From positions 8,804,001 through 8,868,000 of the forward strand of contig OZ059897.1 in NCBI GenBank assembly GCA_964057225.1: DNA of 64,000 nucleotides, in the 5' to 3' direction. Source of the DNA: Auanema rhodensis. Lineage: Eukaryota > Animalia > Nematoda. Below the pieces are notes generated by a model. That model saw only the letters and a program-made list of their open reading frames with translations. It was not told the origin of the DNA and did no database searches. A program made the translations under genes and the position numbers. This document shows, one piece after another, positions 12,506 through 25,700 of this stretch. The first letter of the stretch is position 1; every line of letters starts with the position of its first letter.

Positions 12506-13707
12506 GGCTCTTGTCTGTCGATATTACGAGAGATAGAGACATAGAGAAAGAGAGAGGGAGAAGTGTAGAGGTAAAGGAGGTGAAGTTGTATTAGAAGTCA
12601 TATATGGTAAAAGACAAAGTTGAAAATGAAACATCTTTTTCTCAGCGTAGCTAGCTGGAACTCTCAGATAGCTTCGCATGCATGCGTGCATAGAAGCTGA
12701 CAAACTCTGCAGAGCTATGTGATTCTTTCAAGGAACAAATCGAAAAAAGAAAGGAACTATTTATTAGTTTCTGACAAAAAAACAAAACAATAAATCTGAT
12801 AGAAAATTGTATTTTCTACAATTACTTCATCATATATCTTTTATTCCTTCATTCTTTCTTTTTCTTTCTTTTGAAACGAATTATGTGCATGTATACGTTG
12901 TGAGTATATGTGCGTATATGTGTATATAGTATATATGTGTGTCAAGTTTGAAAAACATAAGTATAAAAGTAGAAAAAAGCTTTATCATAATATCATAGTA
13001 ACAAAATTAGGGAAATACTCGCATTGTCACATGGGGGAGGGGAGAGGGGGAGGAGGGTGAAGGGTGGTGATGTAGTTGGCTAAAAAGGAAAAGAGGGAGA
13101 TATACATAATATATATATATATATATATAAATTGAATTGGATTATAAAATCAGAGAAAGAAAGGGTCTTGAAAATGGAGAACAGCAACATCAAATGATGC
13201 ATTTAATAAAGAATTTTATGTCAATTTCACCGGTTATAGATATCTATAATACATCAGAATATACATATGTCGTAATAATGTAATTAGATATAATAAATGA
13301 TATTAATTATAATAAAAAAAACAATTTAAAAAGTTTAAAAAAACCGATGAAGGACGACTAGCGTACTAGAGTTTTGATGAAACAAAACCGTCTGCTTGTT
13401 TTCCAGGCAAGAGTTATTGAAAATACATGTCTCATAATAAGGCATTTTGAAGTTTTGAATGATATTATAGAAAAACGTTCTTATAATATAAGAAAATTAC
13501 TTGAGAGATGTGAGAGAAAGAGATATTATGGAGATGGATGAATAAAAATTAAAAAAGAAAAACAAACAGTTAATATCGTCATGTGTGTAATTGAAAAATA
13601 AAAGTTATACACATAGAAGATATGTTAAATGAAATGGCAAATTAATGATTTTAGGCGAAGTTTCGTTTTTTGTTTTTTTCGAATTTTCGTATGGATTCAA
13701 AGATCTT

Positions 13708-16700
13708 CTAGTTTGAGCATGAGACACATTCCAATGTTACAGGTAGAGGACCATCGGCAACTACTGGAATCTCACGAGCACACTTGTCAATCTTATGAGT
13801 TGAAGTCATGGAACACTGAAATTCATATGAATTACTATGAAGTTTATCGATTTTTATTTTTGAATTCAACCGCTTAAGCTGATATGCAATTAAGATATAT
13901 GCATAAGCTAGTAATCACGCATTTCACGTAATACACGTGATGACGTCTAATGCTAATGAGCAATCGTTGTTGATGACGTAATACTCACTGTTTGAAGGTT
14001 ATGGTTATATTGAGCCATTGTACATTGTCTGTTGTGGCAAGCACGAGCACATTGTCCGACATTCAGAACGGCTTCATGCACTTCCCACTTTGGCAATTGA
14101 CGATCAGGTGTTACCGATCGAATATTATATGTGCATTCTATAATATAAATGATTTTATATTGAAAAATGTCAAGTTATGCGAGTAATAATGATATTACCT
14201 GAGCAACGAATACATGAAATAATGAATGGAGTTAGTGATGCATGCTGTGGTGTATAATCAGCATTATTACCACAAACGTTATCATCAGATGTCAATAAGC
14301 AAACACCATTGCTGATATCTCCTGATGGACTTGGAATATATCCGGCTGTTGTACAATCCTTCTACACATATTATTATTATAAATAATATTTGTATTTTAT
14401 TATTATAAACAAACCATTTCATAACATTTTTTGGCACAATCAGCTGGTGTACGAGCTGGAACATCGTTGGTAATGTTGAGCTTGGGTAAGCTTCCAACAG
14501 GTAGAGTATGGAATTCAACACGTCCTCCACAGACATGACTGAGACCTACAACAAGTTGAGTTTGCCATAGAATAACAATAGAAATCAGTTGATTGCACTA
14601 CCTTCGTGGGCAGGAATGATAGTTCCTTCATCATCAATGCTGAATCCCATGTCAGTTATGTCAATTTGTTCCTTTTGTTTGATGAAATTATGGCTACGTT
14701 CTGAAGAAAAATATAAATTATATCTAAGTAATAATCAATTTCAAATTGCAACTGAATCTAGCTTGTAAAAAAAAAAACTAAAATTGCCTTCTGCAATAAG
14801 AAAAATATGAACAAAGATTGAAAAGATGATTTGGATTAGGAAAACATAAATGATTATTCGTGTTATCTTGATAGTATTGGTATAGCATAATTATATTATA
14901 TTAAATTAATTATTCATTAATATTAAATTTAAAAAAAAAAAAATTAGAAAAAAGCTTTGAAATTAATATTAGTATGTTATAGTTAAATTGAACTTACCAC
15001 ATTTGATACATTGCATTAATACAACTTGTTGTAGCCCGGTAAAAGACCAATTGTTAACAAGTACACCATCGTCAGGACATTTAGTGCTGTTGGAATAGTT
15101 AAGAAGACATAATGGACGTGGAAAACGTGTAAATGCTGCCATATGACATCCGGTATCATAACAGATATGAGCGCAGTGCTGGACGGAGAAAGCTATGGCA
15201 TCTGATTCGAATCTAGTTGTTAGATCTTTCAATTCACTCGCCACAAATCGCATTCCGCCATTTGAACAATCTGCACAACAAGCATTGAGTTAGTTAGTTT
15301 AGGCCATAATACCCATATGAATTATACAGTAAGTCTTTAGTTTAGTTTTTAAATACTATATGCATATAGTTAAGTTTGAGTTTATTTGTGTTAATTATAC
15401 CTTTCTAAACACCATATAAGCTTTTTGTTTTTTTGGTTTATAACATGAGATGATTAGTAATTCATGAGAATGAAAAAGAATGATTCAACAGAAGTTACAT
15501 GAATGAGGATATTTGATTTTTCTAATTTTCTAATTTTCAAATTTATAAAATATATTGATTTTTGATTAATTTGTCGTAAAATTGGAGAATAAAACTCAAA
15601 CATACCTTCTTGTTGATTTATCTTTCTACTACCAATAACATCAGTAAGATCTCCTAATTTCTTTCCAATCATATCTTTAGCTGTTACTGTACGGCTGGCG
15701 GGTCCGAGTACGGCATCAAGACCTCCAGTGGTCAGAGCATCAATGAGATCTTGAACTGCTTGTACTGGTGGCTCTGTGGTAGAACCGGATGCGGCAGATG
15801 GAGTAGTAGATGCTACGCTTGTAACATGCTTTGGAGTTGCTACAAGATGCATGATATAGCCTAATTTCTTACTAATGTATACAAACCAGTTGAAGCTTCT
15901 TTGGAATCTGGAGCAGTATCGTTTGAAGCATGAACGGAATGCAATCCTTCTCCATCTTGCTTGAAGGATTTCATATCGTAATCATAATCGGCTTTCTGAA
16001 TTTTAAAATTATCTGAAACATATTATTGTGAATGACTCACGTTTTCATCAGATGTATCAGTCTTTTGCTCTTGACTGTCAGACTTTGGTACAAATCCAAC
16101 ATTCGAAGGCAGATCTTCCTTGTGCTTTGGAACACCGATAGCTGTAGCATTGAACAAACCTTCATCAAGAGCAGCTTCATCTTCGTTGCTATCACTGTCT
16201 TCAGAGGTTGATGAGTCAGTAACAAAAGCAGAGGATTCCGAACTTTCTTTAGAACCTTTAGTTTTTGTGGTAGTCGCTCCAGAATCAGGTGATGAGGTTG
16301 TCTCCTTAGTTAATGGAGATTCACTTCCTAATTCGCTGTTTTTTTCGGTAGACGATTCTTCAGATGTTGTTTGTTCAGAAGGAATAGCTCCACTGCTTTC
16401 GGCTACATGGTCATCTGGAGTAACTGTGGAAGATGCTTCACTATCCTCGTTAGATGCAGGAGCCGAGGTATCTTTGCTCTCAGTATGGCTAGACTCATCA
16501 GTGTTATGAGCTTCTTCTCCGGATCCTTCAACATCAGATGGTGTACTAGCAGAAGCAGATAAGGTTTCGGAAGACGAAGTCAGTTTCTTCTCGTGTTCTT
16601 CCTCAATACTGGCTGTGTTCGTTGTTTCTGTTGGCATTGTAGTGCTTTCAGATTTTTCTACGTTTGGCCCATCAACATTATTCTTATGCCCAACTGCCTC

Positions 16701-19700
16701 AATAATTTCTGATCCTTGTCCGGATCCTTCAACCTCAGATGGAGTGGTGGATTCAGATTTATTTGAACCAGTTTTTTCAGCATCAGTATCGTGATTATCT
16801 TCTAGATTCTCGTGAGACTCAGCACTTTCAGTTACGAAAGCTGCTGGTTCAGCGGTTGTTGTTGGTTCACCTTCCACTTTTGTTACACCGTCGCTCTCGT
16901 CTTTGGCACTTGGCTCTTCAGCACTGCTCGTGATTATATGTTCTGTTGTTGATTCTACTTTGGGTGCTTCAGTATCTGTTGATTCGGGAGTTGAAGTAAC
17001 TGTTTTTTCCTTTTCCGATTCTGGCTTGGGGCTGGAACTTTCTTCATTGATGCTTGATTTCTCTTGGTTCAACACTGTTTTTTCAATTTGATCTTCGGAT
17101 GACGAATCAGTTTTAGACGTAGTTGTTTCTGATAATTCAACAGTTGCTTCTGGAGTTTTGTGGAAAGCAACAGTGGATGCTTCAACACGTTCTGTGCCAG
17201 GCACATCGATTTCATCGCCCAAATGTTCTTGGTTATGATTCGAACTTTGAGATGAAGTTTCAGTGGTTGCTTCGCCCTCTACCTTGGACGGTTCCCCAGA
17301 AACAGATAAGTTGATATCAGACGCTCCAGATCCTTCTACATCAGATGGGGCTACAGTGGATACTTCATTCTTGGAATCAGTTGGAACAGCAGTAATCGTA
17401 TCATCAACATTCGAAGCAGCAGTTGATGAAACCAATTCTCCAGATCCTTCAACGTCAGATGGAACAGCAGTCGAGGCTCCTTCTTGGGAAGCAGCAGAGG
17501 CAGCGGTAGTGGCCTCAGCTTCTCCAGATCCTTCAACGTCAGATGGAGCAGCAGTGGAACTTCCTTCTTGCGAAGCAGCAGAGGCAGCAGTAGTGGCTTC
17601 AGACTCTCCAGATCCTTCAACAACAGATGAAGCAGTAGTTGTGGTTTCTCCAGTCTTATCTGATCCGTCTGTAGCATGGTTGGTAACAGCAACAGAGTCT
17701 TCGTCAACACTGGAAGCTGCAGTAGTGGCATCAGAATCTCCGGAACCTTCAACATCTGATGAAATAGCAGTGGAACTTCCTTCTTGAGAAGAAGCATTAG
17801 CAGCAGTAGTGACATCAGACTCTCCAGAGCCTTCAACGTCAGATGGAGCAGTAGTGGACGCTCCTTCTTGAGAAGAAGCATCAGAAGCAGCAGTTGTGGT
17901 TTCTCCGGTCTTATCTGATCCGTCTGTAGCATGGTTGGCAGCAGAAATGGCGTCTTCGTCAACATTAGTAGCAGCAGTAGTGGCATCAGAATCTCCGGAT
18001 CCTTCAACGTCAGATGGAGGAGCAGTGGAACTTCCTTCTTGAGAAGAAGCATTAGCAGCAGTAGTGGCATCAGATTCTCCAGAGCCTTCAACGTCAGATG
18101 GCGCAGTAGTGGACGCTCCTTCTTGAGAAGAAGCATCAGAAGCAGCAGTTGTGGTTTCTCCGGTCTTATCTGATCCGTCTGTAGCATGGTTGGCAGCAGA
18201 AATGGCGTCTTCGTCAACATTAGTAGCAGCAGTAGTGGCATCAGAATCTCCGGATCCTTCAACGTCAGATGGAGGAGCAGTGGAACTTCCTTCTTGAGAA
18301 GAAGCATTAGCAGCAGTAGTGGCATCAGATTCTCCAGAGCCTTCAACGTCAGATGGCGCAGTAGTGGACGCTCCTTCTTGAGAAGAAGCATCAGAAGCAG
18401 CAGTTGTGGTTTCTCCGGTCTTATCTGATCCATCTGTAGCATGGTTGGCAACAGAAATGGCGTCTTCGTCAACATTGGAAGCAGCAGTAGTGGCTTCAGC
18501 CTCTCCCGATCCTTCAACGTCAGATGGAGCAGCAGTGGAACTTCTTTCTTGAGAAGCAGCAGAGGCAGCAGTAGTGGCTTCAGCCTCTCCCGATCCTTCA
18601 ACGTCGGATGGAGCAGCAGTGGAACTTCCTTCTCGAGAAGATAAAGAGGCTGCAGTTGTAGCATCAGATTCTCCAGAGCCTTCGACGTCAGATGGTGCAG
18701 CAGTTGTGACTCCTTCTTCAGCCGTAGCATCGTTGGCAGCAGTTGTGGTTGCCTCGGTCTTATCTAATCCATCTGTACCATGGTTGGCAACAGAAATGGC
18801 GTCTTCGTCAACATTGGAAGCAGCAGTAGTGGCATCAGATTCTCCGGATCCTTCAACATCAGATGGAGCAGTTGTAGAGGCTCCTTCTTGGGAAGCAGCA
18901 CTAGCAGCAGAAACAGTGGTGGCTTCAGCCTCTCCCGATCCTTCAACGTCAGATGGAGCAGCAGTGGAATTTCCTTCTTGAGAAGCAGCAGAGGCAGCAG
19001 TAGTGGCTTCAGCCTCTCCCGATCCTTCAACGTCAGATGGAGCAGCAGTGGAACTTCCTTCTTGAGAAGCAGCAGAGGCAGCAGTAGTGGCTTCAGCCTC
19101 TCCCGATCCTTCAACGTCAGATGGAGCAGCAGTGGAACTTCCTTCTTGGGAAGCAGCAGAGGCAGCAGTAGTGGCTTCAGCCTCTCCCGATCCTTCAACG
19201 TCAGATGGAGCAGCAGTGGAACTTCCTTCTTGGGAAGCAGCAGAGGCAGCAGTAGCGGCCTCAGACTCTCCAGATGCTTCAACGTCAGATGGAGCAGTAG
19301 TTGTGGTTTCTCCAGTCTTATCTGATCCGTCTGTAGCATGGTTGGCAACAGAAATGGCGTCTTCGTCAACATTGGAAGCAGCAGTAGTGGCATCAGATTC
19401 TCCGGATCCTTCAACTTCAGATGGAGCAGCAGTGGAACTTCCTTCTTGAGAAGCAGCAGAAACAGTAGTGGCTTCAGCCTCTCCCGATCCTTCAACGTCA
19501 GATGGAGCAGCAGTGGAACTTCCTTCTTGAGAAGCAGCAGAAGCAGCAGTAGTGGCTTCAGCCTCTCCCGATCCTTCAACGTCAGATGGAGCAGCAGTGG
19601 AACTTCCTTCTTGGGAGGCAGCAGAGGCAGCAGTAGCGGCCTCAGACTCTCCAGATGCTTCAACGTCAGATGGAGCAGTAGTTGTGGTTTCTCCAGTCTT

Positions 19701-22700
19701 ATCTGATCCGTCTGTAGCATGGTTGGTAACAGAAATGGCGTCTTCGTCAACATTGGAAGCAGCAGTAGTGGCATCAGATTCTCCGGATCCTTCAACTTCA
19801 GATGGAGCAGTTGTAGAGGCTCCTTCTTGGGAAGCAGCACTAGCAGCAGAAACAGTAGTGGCTTCAGCCTCTCCCGATCCTTCAACGTCAGATGGAGCAG
19901 CAGTGGAACTTCCTTCTTGAGAAGCAGCAGAAGCAGCAGTAGTGGCTTCAGCCTCTCCCGATCCTTCAACGTCAGATGGAGCAGCAGTGGAACTTCCTTC
20001 TTGGGAGGCAGCAGAGGCAGCAGTAGCGGCCTCAGACTCTCCAGATGCTTCAACGTCAGATGGAGCAGTAGTTGTGGTTTCTCCAGTCTTATCTGATCCG
20101 TCTGTAGCATGGTTGGTAACAGAAATGGCGTCTTCGTCAACATTGGAAGCAGCAGTAGTGGCATCAGATTCTCCCGATCCTTCAACGTCAGATGGAGCAG
20201 CAGTGGAACTTCCTTCTTGAGAAGCAGCAGAAGCAGCAGTAGTGGCTTCAGCCTCTCCCGATCCTTCAACGTCAGATGGAGCAGCAGTGGAACTTCCTTC
20301 TTGAGAAGCAGCAGAGGCAGCAGTAGTGGCTTCAGCTTCTCCCGATCCTTCAACGTCAGATGGAGCAGCAGTGGAACTTCCTTCTTGAGAAGCAGCAGAG
20401 GCAGCAGTAGTAGCCTCAGACTCTCCAGATCCTTCAACATCAGATGGAGCAGCAGTGGAACTTCCTTCTTGAGAAGCAGCAGAGGCAGCAGTAGTTGCTT
20501 CGGTCTTATCTGATCCGTCTGTAGCATGATTGGCAACAGAAATAGCGTCTTCGTCAACATTGGAAGCAGCAGTAGTAGCATCAGAATCTCCAGATCCTTC
20601 AACGTCAGATGGACTAGCAGTAGTGGTATCAGAATCTCTAGATCCTTCTACTTCAGATGGAGCAGCAGTGGAACTTCCTTCTTGAGAAGCAGCAGAGGCA
20701 GCAGTAGTAGCCTCAGACTCTCCAGATCCTTCAACATCAGATGGAGCAGCAGTAGTGGTATCAGAATCTCCAGATCCTTCAACTTCAGATGGAGCAGCAG
20801 TGGAACTTCCTTCTTGAGAAGCAGCAGAGGCAGCAGTAGTGGCTTCAGCCTCTCCCGATCCTTCAACGTCAGATGGAGCAGCAGTGGAACTTCCTTCTTG
20901 AGAAGCAGCAGAGGCAGCAGTAGTGGCTTCAGCTTCTCCCGATCCTTCAACGTCAGATGGAGCAGTAGTTGTGGTTTGTCCAGTCTTATCTGATCCGTCT
21001 GTAGCATGGTTGGTAACAGAAATGGCGTCTTCGTCAACATTGGAAGCAGCAGTAGTGGCATCAGATTCTCCGGATCCTTCAACTTCAGATGGAGCAGTTG
21101 TAGAGGCTCCTTCTTGGGAAGCAGCACTACCAGCAGAAACAGTAGTCGTTTCAGCTTCTCCAGATCCTTCAACGTCAGATAGAGCAACTGTGGAACTTCC
21201 TTCTTGGGAAGCAGCAGAGGCTGCAGTTGTGGCATCAGATTCTCCGGATCCTTCAACTTCAGATGGAGCAGTTGTAGAGGCTCCTTCTTGGGAAGCAGCA
21301 CTAGCAGCAGAAACAGTAGTGGCTTCAGCCTCTCCCGATCCTTCAACGTCAGATGGAGCAGCAGTGGAACTTCCTTCTTGAGAAGCAGCAGAGGCAGCAG
21401 TAGTGGCTTCAGCCTCTCCCGATCCTTTAATGTCAGATGGAGCAACTGTGGAACTTCCTTCTTGAGAAGAAGCATTAGCAGCAGTAGTAGCCTCAGACTC
21501 TCCAGATCCTTCAACATCAGATGGAGCAGTAGTTGTGGTTTGTCCAGTCTTATCTGATCCGTCTGTAGCATGGTTGGTAACAGAAATGGCGTCTTCGTCA
21601 ACATTGGAAGCAGCAGTAGTGGCATCAGATTCTCCGGATCCTTCAACTTCAGATGGAGCAGTTGTAGAGGCTTCTTCTTGGGAAGCAGCACTACCAGCAA
21701 AAACAGTAGTCGTTTCAGCTTCTCCAGATCCTTCAACGTCAGATGGAGCAACTGTGGAACTTCCTTCTTGGGAAGCAGCAGAGGCTGCAGTTGTGGCATC
21801 AGATTCTCCAGATCCTTCAACGTCAGATGGACTAGCAGTAGTGGTATCAGATTCTCCAGATCCTTCAACTTCAGATGGAGTAGTTGTAGAGGCTCCTTCG
21901 TGGGAAGCAGCATTAGCAGGAGTAGTGGCATCTGAATCTCCAGATCCTTCAACCTCTGATGAAGCAGCAGTGGAGGCTTCTTCTTGGGCAGAAGCATCAG
22001 ACGCAGCAGTTGTGGTATCTCCGATCTTATCTGATCCGTCAGTAGCATGGTTGGCAACAGAAATGGCGTCTTCGTCAACATTGGAAGCAGCAGTCGATGA
22101 TTCAGATTCTCCAGATCCTTCAACGTCAGATAGACTAGCAGTAGTGGTTTCAGATTCTCCAGATCCTTCTACTTCAGATGGAGCAGCAGTAGAACTTCCT
22201 TCTTGGGACGCAGCAGAGGCTGCAGTAGTGGATTCAGATTCTCCAGATCCTTCAACGTCCGATGGAGCAGCAGTAGTGGATTCAGATTCTCCAGATCCTT
22301 CTACCTCAGATGAAGCTGAAGTTGTGACTCCTTCTTCAGCCGTAGCATCGGTCGCAGCTGTAGTGGATTCAGATTCTCCAGATCCTTCAACTTCAGATGG
22401 AGCTGCAGTGGAACTTCCTTCTTGGGACGCAGCAGAGGCTGCAGTAGTGGATTCAGATTCTCCAGATCCTTCAACGTCCGATGGAGCAGCAGTAGTGGAT
22501 TCAGATTCTCCAGATCCTTCTACCTCAGATGAAGCTGAAGTTGTGACTTCTTCTTCAGCCGTAGCATCGGTCGCAGCTGTAGTGGATTCAGATTCTCCAG
22601 ATCCTTCAACTTCAGATGGAGCTGCAGTGGAACTTCCTTCTTGGGACGCAGCAGAGGCTGCAGTAGTGGATTCAGATTCTCCAGATCCTTCAACGTCCGA

Positions 22701-25700
22701 TGGAGCAGCAGTAGTGGATTCAGATTCTCCAGATCCTTCTGCCTCAGATGAAGCTGAAGTTGTGACTCCTTCTTCAGCCGTAGCTTCGGTGGCAGCAGTA
22801 GTGGATTCAGATTCTCCAGATCCTTCTACTTCAGATGAAGCTGAAGTAGTGACTCCTTCTTCTGTAGTAGCGTCGGTGGCAGCAGTAGTGGATTCAGATT
22901 CTCCAGATCCTTCTACTTCAGAAGGAGCAGCAGTTGAGCTTCCTTGTTGAGAAGTGCTATCAGATGGAATAATCGTAGCATCATCATCATTGTTTGATGC
23001 AGCAGTACTGGATCCAGATTCTCCAGATCCTTCTAAATCAGATGAAGCTGAAGTAGTGACTCCTTCTTCTGTAGTAGCGTCGGTGGCAGCAGTAGTGGAT
23101 TCAGATTCTCCAGATCCTTCTACCTCAGATGAAGCTGAAGTAGTGACTCCTTCTTCTGTAGTAGCGTCGGTGGCAGCAGTAGTGGATTCAGATTCTCCAG
23201 ATCCTTCTACCTCAGATGAAGCTGAAGTAGTGACTCCTTCTTCTGTAGTAGCGTCGGTGGCAGCAGTAGTGGATTCAGATTCTCCAGATCCTTCTACCTC
23301 AGATGAAGCTGAAGCAGTGACTCCTTCTTCTGTAGTAGCGTCGGTGGCAGCAGTAGTGGATTCAGATTCTCCAGATCCTTCTAACTCAGATGAAGCTGAA
23401 CTACTGACTCCTTCTTCTGTAGTAGCGTCGGTGGCAGCAGTAGTGGATTCAGATTCTCCAGATCCTTCTACCTCAGATGAAGCTGAAGTAGTGACTCCTT
23501 CTTCTGTAGTAGCGTCGGTGGCAGCAGTAGTGGATTCAGATTCTCCAGATCCTTCTACCTCAGATGAAGCTGAAGTAGTGACTCCTTCTTCTGTAGTAGC
23601 GTCGGTGGCAGCAGTAGTGGATTCAGATTCTCCAGATCCTTCTAACTCAGATGAAGCTGAACTACTGACTCCTTCTTCTGTAGTAGCGTCGTTGCCAGCA
23701 GTAGTAGATTCGGATTCTCCAGATCCTTCTTGCTCTGATGGAGCAACAGTTGAGCTTCCTTCTTGAGAAGTGTTATCAGATGTGACAATCGTGGCATCTT
23801 CATCATTGTTTGATGCAACAGTAGTTGATTCAGATTCTCCAGATCCTTCTACCTCAGATGAAGATGAAGTTGTGGCTCCTTCTGTCGAAGTAGCATCGGT
23901 GGCAGCACTGGTGGATTCAGATTCTCCAGATCCTTCTACCTCAGATGGAGATGAAGTTGAGCTTCCTTCTTCCGTGGAGGCAGCAGTGGAACTTGCTTCG
24001 TTAGAAGAAGTTGTAGTTTCATCAAAACCAGCAGCAGATACTGCTTCTTTATCATCTTTTTTGTTTGATTCTGTACCATCTTCTTCTGATTTTACACCTG
24101 ATCCTTCAATTGGTTCTTCATTTTTATTATCAGAACCGTCAGTACTATTTGGCTCATCGGACTCTTGACTTTTTGCTTCTGTTGGTGTTGTTGCTTCTCC
24201 TTCAACTTTTTCAACATTTTCAGAAGGCTCATCATTGTTAGCGGCAGCTGTTGGAGTGTTATTTGAAGACTGAACAACGACTTCAAATCCTCCTGCTCCT
24301 GGTTTATGAGGAACTGAAAAGAAATATTACAAGATGTTTCTATTTGTTATAGCTTTAGTACCACAACTGAGGCAATGAATCCAAGCAGACTTAGTTGGTC
24401 TAGCCACCGTTTGAAGTTTTTCTTTTCCACAGAATGGTTTATCATCATAGGATAATGAACATTCTTTAGTTTCAGGGTCATACTTGGCACCGGAACATCC
24501 ATCCTTGAAGAAGGTTGAAATGAAAATAAATTTTGTATTGTAGAGCTTACCTGATAGCAGAGATAGGCACAGATTTCTGAAGTTGGAGTCTTATGAGTAT
24601 TTTCCAAGTTGGCGGTGAAATGACTTGGCTTGTTCTCATAATCCACAATTTGGAAGTTGATGACACATCCTACAATTAGTATGATGTTCAAATCAATTAT
24701 TCTGTTTATGTTGTTACCTTTCAAAAGTTGGTTGTCGTCTGGACGAGCAGTAGTTGATCCAACAGAAGTTGGTATGTGACTTTCGATTGCTGGAGAAGCA
24801 GATGATGATGCCAATTCATTATTATCAGAGCTTGCTGGTTTTGATTCAGATTCGTGTTCAGTTGTACCGGATGAGGATGTAGCATCAGGGGCTGAGGTTA
24901 TTACTTCACTATCCGTCGTCGATGGTGCAGATGATGAATCTGTAGTAGCCGGTGGTGGAGGTGTCTGATCACCGGATGAGACAGCAGGCTGTTCAGCACG
25001 GCTCTTCACGGTATCTGAAATAATAGAAACTTGAATTATAATCGGAAACATTCGATAAACATACAGCAATTTACACAATGAATCCATGTAACTTCTTTTG
25101 GTGTGTAATGAATGAAAACGGATCCACGTACACAATATTGCTTTTCATCATAAGATAAAGTACATGTGAGAGATTCTGGATCAAATCTAGCTCCGGAACA
25201 TCCATCCTAAGGTAACAATTGGGTTGAGTTGTTAGAATGAAGCACAAAGTTACCTGATAACAACGAGTAGCACAAAGCTCAATTGAATCAACTGGAAGCT
25301 CTTTCTCGAATGGTGCCTTGAACTCTGGTGGTCTTTCACTCAATGGTCTGGCTTGGAATTTGATGATACAATCTAAAAATCAAACGGTTATTTCTGAATC
25401 AGATTCAGGAAAATCGTTTACGTTTGCGAACATTAGTTGATGATTCGTCTTCATTAGCAGATATTTCAACATTAGGAGAACTGGTCGAACTGTCCGAACT
25501 TTCGATTGGACTTTCATCATTATTCTCAGAGATGGTAACATCAACGCTTGTTACTGTTTGAGCATCTGGAGCTGATGTAGTAGTGGTGGTAGGTGTTGGC
25601 TTAACTCCAGGAGGAGATGCTGTAACAGAGGAAGAGCCAGATGGTAAAAACTTTCCTCTGTTCAATCCAGGAACTGAAAAATATTATAAAACTAGAGAAA

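Noticed and set aside
12105-13707. Operon linking the mucin gene and CEP104 (same strand)
   Set aside because: About 1.6 kb separates stop and start, with promoter-like sequence between; typical nematode operon spacing is ~100 nt from poly(A) site to trans-splice site.
13708-15270. ZP domain (let-653/noah-type PAN-ZP protein)
   Set aside because: The C-terminal exons translate as three PAN-like units ending CVSCSN-stop, with no ZP cysteine pattern, furin site or TM helix.
17351-22123. Long Leu-rich minus-strand ORFs (459, 612 and 491 aa)
   Set aside because: These are shifted-frame shadows of the mucin exon (GCT/ACT/TCT codons read as CTN). They are broken by stops, while the true frame is continuous and has proper splice sites.
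17437-23975. CRISPR-like or satellite interpretation of the repeat array
   Set aside because: There are no unique spacers, unit lengths are all multiples of 3, the array lies inside a spliced eukaryotic ORF, and no cas genes are present.
16120-24168. Many plus-strand ORFs (ASPDPSTSDGAA..., GSSSGFS...)
   Set aside because: Antisense readings of the same repeat exon; repeatedly interrupted and lacking gene structure.
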